Assembly: GCA_012295275.1 (NCBI GenBank)
Contig: CM022673.1
Span: 14,632,001 to 14,696,000, forward strand
Length of the DNA: 64,000 nt
Source: Chrysomallon squamiferum
Taxonomy: Eukaryota > Animalia > Mollusca
Reading direction: 5' to 3'
Shown piece by piece: positions 28,617 to 43,415 of this stretch (its first letter is position 1; every line of letters begins with the position of its first letter). The notes beneath the pieces were generated by a model. It was given only the letters and a program-made list of their open reading frames with translations. It was not told the origin of the DNA and did no database searches. The position numbers and the translations under genes were made by a program.

Positions 28617-31600
28617 CTGAAAACAAAACAAATAAAACTATGTGATAGAAAAGAAACAAAAACAACCAAAAAAATGGAATAAAATTTAAAATATATACAT
28701 TCATTTGACTATTATTAAAAAATATAATAATTTAGAATGTACTTATGTTAGTAAACTGATATCAAATAGGCAACTGATAATATTTCCAAATTCTCATGGA
28801 CAAACAAACTGACTTGTATGAAGACTAACAAGAAATGATAGACAGAGATAAACTGACTTACATGAAACCCTGCTTGACACACACTGACAGAGAGACAGTC
28901 AGACTTACTTGTATGAAGGAAGTATTCCAAGGTTGAGATAACGACTGTTCAGAGAACCATTTGAAGCATCTTTCTTTGAAACTGTGTCTTTACTACCAAG
29001 AAGTCCTTTAGTGACAGCATTCTGCAGTTTGGTGGGAGTCTTACGTCTATCAAATACAACAGGAAATCAGTAACAATCTCAATAATATAAAAACTTGTGT
29101 TAATAGCAGACAAATACACACATATGCATACACACACACACACACATCGCACACGCACACGCACATGCACACATAAAAATGCATGCACATGTGCACGCAC
29201 ACACACATACACATACCCTCAGATAAAGATACACACACACCATCCCACAAATAGACAGACACACACACAGACACAGATATACACATACACACACACAGAC
29301 ACAGATATACACATACAGAGTCAAAAAGAAACACAGACATAGATACACACACAGAGAAAAATATACACAGACACACAATTACACTTCTATAAATAAGAAA
29401 GTGACCTGTAACAGAAGAGAGTGAAGCTGAGGATGAGGACCAGTCCTCCAACCACAGAGGCAAGGATGATAATGAGCCACATCGTACTCAGTCCTGGCTT
29501 GTTGGCTGTCAACACTGGACGAGAGGAAGGGTCAGCAGGAGTTGTCTCCCCTGAAGTGACTGGTGAATTAATCATGCCAAGTAGAATGCTTTTTGTGGTT
29601 GCTGTTGTTGCAGTTGTAAACTCTGCTGTAGTTGCTGCTGTTGATGTTATGTTGAGTTTGAAAGAACAGTCAAGTCCTGACCAACCATTGTCACAAAAAC
29701 ATGTATCATCTCTTGTACACACCTGCAACATAAAACGGCTGTCTGAATACAAATATCTTTTTATACAATTTTTACATACATCTAACAGAATACACTTACA
29801 CAGTGTATATAAACAAACACTAGATTTCAGCTGTGAATAATATTATTTGTGTACATAGTCACTATGTGATCTGAAAAAATTATTAAGTAGTTCTTTTCTT
29901 TGTTTTTTCAGATGCAACTGGTGAACGAAGGAAGTTTTTATGCTTTAAATTATGAACAATACTTACTCCATGTCCAGAACAAATGATGGCCTTGGTTGTC
30001 CCTGGGCAGTTGAGGGGAGGTAACTCTGTGAGTTCTACACACATGGTGGCTCTGCATACTTTGTTAGCGCCACACTTAGTTCCGTCTTGTACAAGTCCCA
30101 TGTGAGGAACATCCATCATAGCCGGTCCATGCACACTCCTACATAAAACAAACATCAATGTTTACATTTTAATCTTCTGCTTTTGCTACAAATAAAAATA
30201 AACTAAACTAACATATTAACTGACATAATCAATTAGTAAAATATCAGCAATTTCTTTATTATATTCTGTAAACTAAAATAAAAAATTCATGTTTTACTAA
30301 GATATTTATTAATGAAACCAATTAGTAAAAAAATATCAACAATTTCTTTACTTTATCCTGTAAATTGTTTTCACACACAAACATGACTAAAACAATGACT
30401 TGTACGTACTTGCATTCATACTCTACTCCATGTGAGTTGACTGTTGTCTTTGAGAAATCTTTGTCTGGTCCAAACAGAGGCTCCTTGTTTCCTCCTTCAC
30501 AGTGAAGTAACCCACACATGATGTTCCTGTACATGAAAACATTTCCACATAAAACAACATGTTATATTCTACTAGGCAGATATTTTATTTCCTTATTTCA
30601 TTTCAGTAATTGTAAGTAACAGAAAAATAGGAAAACAAATTCAAATAAACTATTGTAAATTGAGTTGATATTAACAGATTTTAATTTTTAATACTTCTAA
30701 AATATTACATATAAAAAATATTAAGTGCTGCTTTCATATCAATATTTCTACATCATAAGTTAAAAAAAAATTTCAACAGAATTTCAACAAATTACTTGTT
30801 TGTTTTCAAATTAATCAGTAGAATATTATCAGTTCAGTAGTATTTTAATAACAAATAGTTTGATGGGAAATAATTCACTTTTGAAATACTTAAAGATTTA
30901 CAAGAGTTGTTCCCCTTATTCAACTAACTGACTTACTCTGGTGAGCATCTTGCGAAATTTCCAGTTTTGTCATCTTTACCACAGTGTCCATTAAAATTAC
31001 CAGTTGGGTTAAATCTCTCAAAACACTTACTTCCACCACCAGTAGCATCTGAAATCAAAACTCTAAATTAGTCTCAAATCACTGCACTGATTATTTCAAT
31101 AAGAAGGTGCAGTAATGTGACACTTTTAAGTGCTGATAACAAACACTCTAAAAAGTTATGTTTTATTATTATTATTATTATTGATCAATTACTCATACTT
31201 TTTTATTTTAATTTTTAATTTTTTATTTTTTTTTTTTTTTCTATTTAGAAGTTACTTGTTAAAAACGTAATTTATTCAAAACCTTGATAATTATCAATAA
31301 ATCTGATATAATTTTACCATTTAATTCTTTTCTGTGAATTTATTTTAACAAAAGATACTCACTCTGACCCCAGATAATCTGACACTGTTGTGAGAGGGTG
31401 GGGCAGATTCCTCCCATACAGTATCCAGTGCCATGATCACATGGGTGTCCATCTTGAATAAAGTTGTTAAAAGGACACTGCAAACAAATAAAAAAATAAA
31501 TAACTAATATAAAAACACAAAAATAGAAACGTCTAAAACAAAATTAATTTAAATGGCTACTGTATCAATACCAAAAGACTAAATGTTTGTGACAACTCAA

Positions 31601-34600
31601 CACATTTTGATATTTAAAAGTTAATTTGTTTTCATTTTAATAAAAAAATGTTTTCATTTCTTTCTGTAAATTTGCTGTTACTTCAGGTAAACACTAGCTA
31701 TTGAAATACAGTATATTTCTGCAGTTAGACACTAGCTGTTGAAGTACAGGACAACAATAAGTATCTCTAATTTCACACATCTATGTCTCTGTCAGATTCT
31801 AACTCTGTGTTTATGCTGAAACTGTAGTTGTCAGAGTTCTGAGTATTACAGACATTTCTAAGAATAGACAGATATAATAGATGTGATTTTAAATGACAAA
31901 ACATCACTCACCTCTCCTCTTTCACCATCACAGAATTCCGGAACATCACATTCTGTCTGCCTTGGCCTGCACACATGTTTTTTTGTCAACACCTGAAATT
32001 AACAAACCATTCATTAACATACCATTTCACAATACAATAAATAAACATAAGCAAAGAATTACAAACCTTGAAAAATACAGGTAAATCACTTTACAAGTAA
32101 ATAAACAATCAAATACTGAAATTCATCAAGTTCTGAGTAATGCACAATATTTAGAAGATTGATTTATTAGTAGTAAGAAAATAAATAAATAAAATAAAAA
32201 ACATTAACATTAAAACAAAAAAGAGATAAATGGAGACTACTCCAAATAAGTAACATAAAGCATGATTAGAGCATGATGAAGAAACACAAGTCAAGTATAA
32301 ACTTGTTAAAATGATGATGATGACAATGATGACAAATAAGATAAAACTTGTTTAGAGGAAATAAGAAGACTCACTGTACAGTTTGAACAACAGGGTCCTG
32401 ATCTACATTGAGCCCAGTATCTCAAGAGACAGGTAGACGGGTCACAGCACGGGTCCTGTACCAGACAGTCCTAAAACAAATATTCAAACACATAACTTTT
32501 GGTTACTTACAAAACATCAAGACATATCCATAAACACATTTATTATCTTTAACTTATTTTAGCTAGACTGATTTTTGCCCCTTTTACAAAATCCACATTT
32601 TTATATCTGTAAGTTATTATAAAATGAATTAAAAACTGAAACTGATAATTTTGTTTTATTATAGACTTGTTCAACGAAATATGTTTAGCTTACGGTAATC
32701 ATATGCAAAATACATTGTTGTTACATGACGATTTGTCTGTAAATTTCACGAGTTTACTGCAGAATGCTTGTTTGGAGATAAAATGAATTTGGCACTCTGT
32801 TACATTAAATATGCACATGTGTTTCCAATTTTCTTCAGTTAATTTTATATTGTTTAACAAGAAAATGAATGTGTGCCCCATTTGGAACAACATATAATGC
32901 CAATAATATGAGTCAAAAACAGATTTTTTTAAAATAACAAAAACAACATCCTCATTATATATATCACATTTAATTTCCTTCATTAATGTCTAAATATAAT
33001 GTTACATGCTGAAAATACTTGTTTTAGACAGATTTCTCAGAGAGTTTGTGATAAACATATTTTATTACATAGGTTTTTATAGAAGCATGCTAAAAACTAG
33101 TTAAACACTATTCAAAATGCACAATTCATCATTTATAACAAGACTGAACACAACATAATTTTTGTGTGTTTCAGTAGCTAATACAAAACTTGTGTGAATC
33201 ATTACTCACCTCCTCAGAGCCACAGTCACACTCCTCACCTCGCTCTACAATACTGTTACCACACGTCTGTGGAAAATTCACCTGAAAATACAGCAATTAA
33301 TCAATAAATATTTGACTGGAAGATGAATAAATATTTAACTGGAAGATGAATAAATACACAATTTATTAACAGAAAGTGGTAAAACTCTCAGTCACAGTCA
33401 GTGTATATGTTGTTACTGAATATGTATGTATGTATGTGGCTTGTAAACATATATATTCATATTTATTGGTTTAATTTTTGTTAAATTTATAGTATTCTTT
33501 ATCAGTTAACAACAGTTAATTACTGTATGTTTTGTAGATAATATGTTACACTATAATAAAAAAAAATAACACTAAATAAATTAATTAAAATAAAAAATGA
33601 AAACTAACAATTTATTATTAGTAAAATGAAAACAAAACTTACTGGAGGTTTTCCTTCCAGACAAGACATTATTTCCATGTCACGTCCAACATCTAGATCA
33701 GACTTACTACATGTAGAAAACCTTCTTGAGTGGTATCCATAGCTACCTCTGAAATAAATAATAACTCTTCTTTAACAATGTACATTTTCTTTTAAAACAC
33801 AGAAATGTAAATATTTTTTTAAATCCTTTCTTTTTCTTTTTCATTTTTTTATCCAACAAAATATTACTTTATAAAATAAGATTTTTTTCTCTTTTTTTTG
33901 CATTTCTTGCTAATAACTTTAATTTTAACATAAATTATTTTCAGTTAATTAACATTCAAAGAGGTGATTTAGAAAAATAGAAGAAAAACAATATATATAT
34001 AAATAAAAGATATTTCTGAAACTGAAAACTTTTAAAAGAAAAACACATTCTGTCATATTATAAAATAAAGTATGCTGCACTAACTATCATAAAATTCATA
34101 TTAAGTAAATTATATATTTAACACTTACAAAACTTTGGTGGACATGATACAACCAAATTTATCAGCACAGTCACATCCTCCTGAAATAATAAATAAATAA
34201 ATAAACAAACAAAATCAAATGATCATCATCTCTTCAGAAATCTGAACATTTTTTTTTTTTACTGATTAGTAGATATATATTTGCTAAATTATATATAGTT
34301 ATCTAATCATTTAGTTGTTGAAAAATTAGTTAAAAAGAAATAATAGAATAATTTAATCTAGGAATATAAACTCTGAAGTGATTTAAGGGCTTATCAATAT
34401 TTAAATATTAAAATATAGTAAATATGAGAATACATTTAAGACAGGTTCTTTATTAATATATGTTTACAGTTTCTATAAAAAAGAATGATTCCAAATGCAT
34501 TCATAGTGTAAATTAAACTAAAAAATTAAAAATGCAAATATAGCTGTTAGGTCTGGTACACCTATTAAAGGATTATTTGTTTTCAAATGAATGATTTTCC

Positions 34601-37419
34601 TGTTCTCACTCACACACCAGTATTTTATAAATTTTTATAATTTACTTTGATCTTTTAAAGATATCATCTGTTGCAACCAATAAAATAAAACTAACAACTA
34701 AGTACTTGCCATCACACTGAACAATTTATAAAAGACAAATAGAGACATCATTACTCAAATAAAAACAGCACACAGAATAAACAAGAAACTATGTCAAACT
34801 TTGTTACTCTGCTAGCAAAGTCAATATTTAACTCGTTGCTGTCTAAACACACACTGGAAAAACATAATACAAAATATAAAACTGTGCAGCTCATGTCATG
34901 CAGAGATAATGTAAAACAAATAAATAACAGATATAAGAAGATATAAACAAATCTCAGTAAATAAAAATCTATTGCTTTCTGCTAAAACAAAACACATGTA
35001 ATAAAAATGTGCCAATTTAAGAAATAATAAACACATATCAAACAATAAAAACAAAAAGCTCTAAGCATTTTTACAGCTGAAAAATATCATTCATGATTCA
35101 AGCAGTCTTTATCTTCTTTAAAAATATGTGCTTTTTGTTTGCTTTTACCTGATACCATGTGTATTTTAAGTAAAAGTGCAACACTACACTAACAAAACAA
35201 GCTAAAAATACAAAATCACTTATGTGACAAAATGTAAGAAAAATATGAACATTATAGTTCAAAATTTACAACAATAATTATAAAAAGGAAAAAAAGGAAA
35301 GCTTTACAATGAGTAAGCCCCCCACAAATTTTGTTTCATGGTATGTACAACAAATTACCTTCATGATATAATGATCGCCATTGAACTGAGGCAAAGGAAA
35401 AATATTTAAAATGTTAATAAATGAGACAAAGTCACTGACAATATATTACATGGTTTCTGATCTGTTATTTTACTTATCATGACAATGATGATGATGATAC
35501 ACTGACAGAAATTCAGATTTTATTAATATCTATTATTTTTTCTATTATTTATTTATCTAATGTTTTTATCTTTTTTTTTTTTTTTCAGTATTTCAGCTAA
35601 TAAAAGGGAGATGCTTCTGTAATTATCTTATGGTATTAGTTTGAAGTGTAAAAACAATCACTGTAGTAGTCATGTAACAAGAGAAAATTTATTTTAAAAA
35701 TAAGATCTTAAAAATTATAATCTAATTTTATTTTTTATTATTTCAGCATTAATGCCGTAAATATGTAATTAAACAGAACTATAATTAAAATAATTAAGAT
35801 ACAATATTTCTACAGATGAAATTGATTTTGTTATTATAAAGTCAGCAAAACTGTGACAGATAATAATAAACTAGCAAGCTTTGAGTAATGAACAAAGTGG
35901 TTAGTTTTTGTAGTAAGCAATGTTTTAAAACTACATTTGTAAACTCACCATCCTCATCATGCTCTATTCCCAGGTTGTGTCCAATCATGTGAGACAAAAT
36001 GGTGGCAGCCTGTTGAGGCTCAAATGGTTTGGGATTCTGAAAGTTAAAAAAAAGAAAAAGACATTTATTTCTGAGCATATTTTACTGAACACAACAGTCA
36101 GTACATTTCTCTATATGTCATTTATATTCCAATTTCAGCACAAATACAGAAACAGCATCCAATTTCAATCGTTTGTATATGAAGTCATTTAAGAAAGCCA
36201 AATTTTTTAATTTAATAATCAACTTTTAAATAATAAAACCAGTTATTAATTTGATAATTAATCAGGTAATTACTAACAAAAATCTCTTTAATTGATAATA
36301 TATGCTTATTTTTATGCTAAATTCATATTATATATACATATACAAGTTTGTGTTTATCACAATCAGTAGACTAAAATTTTGAAAGTTAACAAAATATTAG
36401 TTTACTAACCTTACACATTCCAACAGCTCTATCAGTACATATTGAATCTGGTATAGCCAAACCTATAGAGTTGTTTTCAAGATTTTGTCCACTATAAGAA
36501 AACATTACACAAAATTAACATTATTTTACATTTAACAAGTTTATAAATAGTTTTACACTTACTGAGAAATAAGGGATTTAGAAGATTTATCTTATATACA
36601 TAATTTTTAACTTCACATTGCAAAATTTACACTGAAGTCAGATTCATCTTCCAGTTTCTGAATAAATACAGTTCATTTTATACATTATGAAGTGAAAAAT
36701 GCATTGATAATAAATGATATAATACATTATTTATAAAATAAAAATGAACTAATTATCAAGTTATGAAAAACTCACGTCATGAAGTAAGCGACATCAAAGC
36801 TGGCATCATGCAATGACTGAGATGTGTAAGTGAGGAATTTCTTGAGGACTTCTCTCTGTCTGTCACTGACTACAAACTGGTCTGCTGTGTTCCAATACTC
36901 CAGGTAACTCAGGGCAACCTTTATATCCAGATCTCGGAAATACTGAAATAAATTGAAAGTTTAGTAACTTAGATATTTATCAGGAAGTATTTGTTTTAAT
37001 TAAGACTGGTGTTTGATGACAGGTGGGTCACAATATAACCCATCAAGCTGTTATTTGCTACCCATTATCAAAGACCACTTTATTTGATTTTCAAGCATTG
37101 TGAACAATAATAAATGTAATAAAATGAAAACTACAACAAAATATCACTCATTTCAGTGATCACTTTGAATGTTAAATTTTAAAATAAAGTAAAAAATAGC
37201 TCACCAAGTCAACAATGTTAGCTATCTCAATACTGTAAGACGTCATATCTGGATGACTCAGGTTCAGCTTTTTGTACTGCAGGTACAAAACAATAATTTG
37301 TTAATAAAATAACTTATAGATTTCTTTTTTAAATAAATACATTAATACATTTAAAAAAATTATTCTGTTATTATAAGCAACAACAAAACAAATATAAAAA
37401 AAAATTTCTTTATTTCTTG

Positions 37420-37462
<43 letters not shown>

Positions 37463-39922
37463 AATTCATGAAAATCCTGGAAAAAATTTAAATAAAAATG
37501 AGTTTTTTTACCATAGCTTTATCAATAACGAGAGCTAATCGGATTGTTTTAGATGGCAGTTTGTCTGTTTTTCTTTGTGTCTGAAACAAAATGTATAACA
37601 ATTTTATTAGCATCTCAGCTGTTTTGTAATAACAGTGTGTATATATATATATATATATAAAGGATTTAAGTATGAAATATTCACTCAAATTTATAAATAA
37701 TAGCATGATGATAATATGTTTGTCGTATTTAAATTTAAAAAAAAAAAAAAAAAAATTCATTTTTATGAAGAGACAATTAATAACTTTGAAGACAAACCCG
37801 CTGAGCACGAAGAGCTTTCAGCTTCCTGATAAATTCTCCTTTGTGTAATTCATGAAATGGCAGCCACTGACCTATGCTGTTCCCTGAAACAAGAAATAAT
37901 CCTTATACAAAATATAATATAAAATTTTATCTTTCCTAATTTGTTTAAAGAATTCTGTTACTAATAGCAGGTTCTTTCTTACTTCATAAAAACACTGTAT
38001 TTGTACCTTTCAACTTGTTAGTGGTACCACAGGATATCATAAACAAAAATAAGTTTAAACACTATATTAACTTCTGTTTAGTATATGAATAGAAATAAAA
38101 GCATGAATTTATTGTGTAAGATAACACTTACATTATTTTAAAAAATGTAAATACTCCTTTTACATACCACATTTTTCTTTTCCTGATTCTGTAGCCTTGA
38201 ATATGATGTGTGGATGTTGTAACTGAAAAACGGAGACAGAGATTATTCAACTGAGAGTCTGTTATGGATGAAACATGCATAAAACAACCTACCCAAGAAT
38301 TATCTCAGCAAACTAAGTCTGCTAACAGGTTTGAACCAAATAAAACTGTACTTGTTAATTAACATCAGGAATGATTTTGTATGTAACTCACTCTACTGTC
38401 TCTTTCCTTTTATTTTTGGTTCAGTTTCACTATTTACCATTTTTTTTTTTTGTCTGTTGTATTTTCTTTTTTTTTCTTTTTTTTTCATGTGTCTATCAGC
38501 TAACAAAGAAAAATACATTATAGGAAAAAATAACTGAAATATGTATGATGAAACATGTTTTAATACAACTAAGTAGCTTTAATGAAAGAGAAAGTGTTAA
38601 TAGGCAGATTTGTGTGGTGCAAGTCAGTCCCAGAGAGTACACAGCTGTTTGTCTAGGTGTGAGTTTATAATTAGCTGTGTGGCCTGCAGTCTCATCAGTT
38701 AATTTTCAACATCTGGTCACAGTGGGAGTGAAAAATCAGCCCACGCCAGAATTTACCAGGAGCTACTGTATACTGTTTGACAAAATCACCCTCTAATACT
38801 GGTAAGACAAAAACAAAAGTCTGTACAAAACCTTTAGATACAATGTTAAAACAAGTAAAAATACACAAACATTCAAACATATAGAAACACACACACACAT
38901 ACACACAAACAAACACAGAAAACACAACACCATGAACATAGCTGTGAAAATATACACATTTTTGATACATATATTACACATGTAGAACAGTTGTAAATAA
39001 ATATTTTGTTTTTATTTTATCTATTCCACACAGACACATGCACATAGAATCTATATCATACATATGTACATATATAAATATATTCTATGTAAAGGTTTTT
39101 CCAAATGTTAACTCCTAAGGGAAATGCTTTTATCTGAACCAGAATGATTTGCTCTGTTCCTATTACTTAGTGTTTACCAATGTCTTCCTGTTCTTCCACA
39201 GTTTTTATTATCTTTTTTCTTCTTTCAAAAAAAAAAATAATAATAATAACAATAATAAACATTCTCAGTGGAAAACTACTTCAGATGTATTGCTTCCTGC
39301 AATAAAATACACACAGTATTTCCTTTTTACACCTCCACCTGGACACACTGTAAACAAGAACTTCACTATTTATACTTTAATTGACTTTAGGAAAAAAAAA
39401 AAAAATACAAAAAACACATTAATAATAAAACTATCCAGACATTCACTACTGAACTTAACACAGCTAAGATTAACTGACATGTGCCCCATTAAAAATCAGA
39501 TATCTTGAAATATTTCCAACAGCTCCAACATAAAGTGTAGGATGTTAGGATTTTCTGTATTTCAACCACGGGTGGTTTATAAATAATAGGATGATATGAG
39601 CAAATGTGAGATAACATCATTATACACAGGAGAAATAGGCTGAAATAAATACACATTGTTCCTTATCTTTCAGCTTTTCATTTCCAAAATAGTTTTACTG
39701 TGCTAATTAAGATTTACACTTGATATACACATTTCAGAAGTATACATAAATAAAGGTAAGAAATTAAACAGACAAATCTTTAAACCTGAGTGAATTAATG
39801 AATGATGTAAAGAATGAATTATTTAACAACACCTTAATATGTTATAACATATGTATTTTAACTTTCAATTAGCTATTCTCACACAGATTAAAAAAAGATG
39901 TCTTAGTCTAGCTAATCTCTCC

Positions 39923-39980
<58 letters not shown>

Positions 39981-41205
39981 AAATTACATATACACACATT
40001 CTCACTAACTCACTTTTTTTAAGTTTATGTGTGTACAAACCTTTTACTCTGTACAGTTTTTAAAAGTAAATTACTTCAGATACAACAAAGAATATTGTTT
40101 TATTGAAAACAATTGAAGACCTGACAGAAAAAGCAGTTACTGGGTTACAATGAACAGTATAACTTTAACTCTACTAAGTCCACACAAACTGGTCTTTGAC
40201 CCCATCAATAAGTATAGTAAATCAGCATACACATATGTAAGTATATACAGGAGCCAACAAATGCATTAAGCTAGTGCAGAGAGAAACTATAAATAAAAAG
40301 CTAACAGCTGAACAGTAAATGTAGCATGTTTTATGGAAGAAGGTAACATAAACATTATATTGAGTTATCTCTTGATGGGCTCTATTATCACTGCACCAGA
40401 AATACCATACCAAAAAAACAACCAACCAGTTTTTGAAATAAAAGTCTACAACCACTTTTGTAACAGGCAGGAAGACAGCTTGTGAATAACTGGAAAAAAA
40501 GTCTATTCTGTTTACAATGAAAACTGTTCTTAAAACACATAAATACAGATTGAACAGTTGAAGAATAATAGATAAAAAAGAAAACTCTGCTATATAGCAA
40601 CTGCTTTGTTGAGACAATACAAAAAAAAAAAAAAAATTAATTATTCTTTTATATACATTTCTTGTCCTTTTTCTATTTCAAAAATGCTTTCTTACAATTC
40701 AAAGTAACAAAAACAGAAACAAAATATTTAATGTATTTCGTGAATTTCATTTAATATCAATTAAAAAACATAAATTTTACTAAATGATAACAATAATTAC
40801 AATTAACTAAATAAATTAATAATAACAAATATTTTTCAAAACCAAGTATGTTAAAACTACTTTTAACAGTTCTTTATTTATTTTACTTGTACATAATCTT
40901 ATAGTGCAAGCGGGGAGTATCTCTAACTCAAATTTACACAAATTTCAGATCAGTCACAGATGCTGGTTTGTTTCATCTGTTGCATAAAATCAGATTAACA
41001 TATAAAAGGCTGTGTTATTGTGTTAGGAGTGTTTTTAATGTCACATGGAAGGAGGATATAAAAGACTGTGTAAGGTTTTGTCTTGAAACACTTTTTAGAA
41101 GTGTGCCTTGAGAAACAATGAGTTGAAACATGTGTGAGGACTTGGAAGTCAAAGAGAAATAAAATCAATATAGGTTTTATAGAATGACCCGCTGACTACT
41201 GTTCA

Positions 41206-41278
<73 letters not shown>

Positions 41279-43360
41279 AGACCCCCAAGAAGTTAATAAA
41301 TAAAAAATAAAACACTAATCAATATCTAAATGAATGACTATTTGTTTAATCAACATTATACGAATGCTATTAGATTGTGATTTTAAAATAATTGAATGTG
41401 AGAGAAAAAATATATATTACACTATTGGATATACTAGATTAAAGCAAAAGTGACAATACAATATGTAATATACCAAACGTCATATGAAACAAGAAATTTA
41501 TTTCTCTAAAGAACATGTATATAAAATAAAATTTAAACAGTGTTTTCTTTATTCGTTATTTAACCCAGATGATGAATTCTCTTAGTGACAGTGTGTAAAA
41601 ATCTGGAGATTTTTATTGTTTTAAAAGTGATGTTTTAATTGTAGAACATAAATGTACGCAGGTATGGTTATGTAGTCATTGCTCTCAGAAGATAAAGATA
41701 AACAGTAAAATGGAACTCATCACATCAAACTTACATAAATAACATATTCTGCCTTGTCTTTCAATATTAAACTATCTTCCTAAATCTATATGAAGTTTGA
41801 CATTTTAACATAATATTCTAGCATTTTTGTATTAGCAATTTTAACAGATTATGTTCTAAATTAAATTAATGCTTATACATTCTACAGTAAACACTTAGAT
41901 GACTCAATTTTATCACCATTCTAGTTTTGCTAAGAACTGATCAAGAACAACTTTTACTAAATGGATTAAACAACAACCCGCGCCTACAGGAAGGTGAAAT
42001 TTTTAACAGAACACAAGCTAACTGATTAACCATCAGCTAATGGAAGTAACATATTTACTGACATTAAAAACTATATTTCTTAAATAGCAGACAAGGATCT
42101 TTTAAAGAACTTTCTCACAGACAGGAAAGTATTTATAATGGTACTTGCTAGAGGAAACACTGGGAACTGGCTGGAATGGGAAATAACAAAAAGAAATACA
42201 AGTTTTAAACAAAATCACTTTCAGATTTAAGGTACTAACTAAAAAAGGAAAAAAGATCAATATCAGTGATCCACAGACATGTGTTGTCAGTAACAAAGAA
42301 AATATTTTACTTTCACTTTCTTTCACTCTACATCATGGTTCCAGTCTGCCAGTTTCAGTTTGATCAATTGAAATGCACTGAAAACATGGTCAATGTATTT
42401 TTATATGACATCTGTTCTCAATGATCCTAACTTACAAGCATTAAAAATAACTTTTTCCCAAACAACCAGAAACAGATACATTACCTGAACCATTAACTAC
42501 AAACCTTTCTAAGTGATAAATACAGAAATAAATAGAACAGAAACATTAACTACAAATCTTTCTAGGTGATAAATACAGAAATAAATACAAAAGAAACATT
42601 TAACTATGAATTTCTCTGAGACTTTCTCGTAACAAAAACAAACAAAATTTTATCCTCAAAATCATAAAAACATATTGTTGTTGAACTATCTACAGACTAG
42701 TGATGGTTCTGCTTTAACTTATCACATGGGAAGCAAGCATTTAGGAATGGATAGCTATGCCATCTATTTATGAAAATTAACAGAAAGCACACATTTAAAG
42801 ACTCATGAAAGAAACATATACGAAGACAGGCAGAGTATAGGTCTATGTTTGACAGGTTCAGTATGTTAAAAATGCATTCATTCATGTCCTACATGTTGCA
42901 TTGTATCATGCAATAATAAAATTTAACATACAAAAATGATTTTGGTGGGATTGTTTCAAACTGTGTCAAAAGACAGGATCATGCTTACACTTCAGAAGTG
43001 TTTTGATCAGAAATCTGCTGTTGAATGGCTATAAAATAAAAACTGTTTTCACTCACCCCTTCATCACCTCCTAACATAGGCTGGATCACATAGGTCTCAT
43101 TGTGCATCTGTATCACACCCCTAAAACAAACACTCTCTTCATAAACAAAAGTATTCTTCATTGTTTTGGATTGTTTTACCAAATTAAGCACAACTAATAA
43201 TTAATGCTGTTTTAACTAATCTAACATTTCAATTTTTAAAAAATAAAAAAATAAAAGAAGTATATTATTTATGTTTCAACTGTTTATTTACTACTTTAGG
43301 GGATTTTTAATTTTATTTTTGATCTTTTATTCTTATTTATTTTATTTTGGGGGTTTTTTT

Positions 43361-43415
<55 letters not shown>

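Noticed and set aside
27072-28682. Overlapping antisense and alternate-frame ORFs within the ADAM last exon
   Set aside because: Shadow ORFs of a GC-richer coding exon with no independent features.
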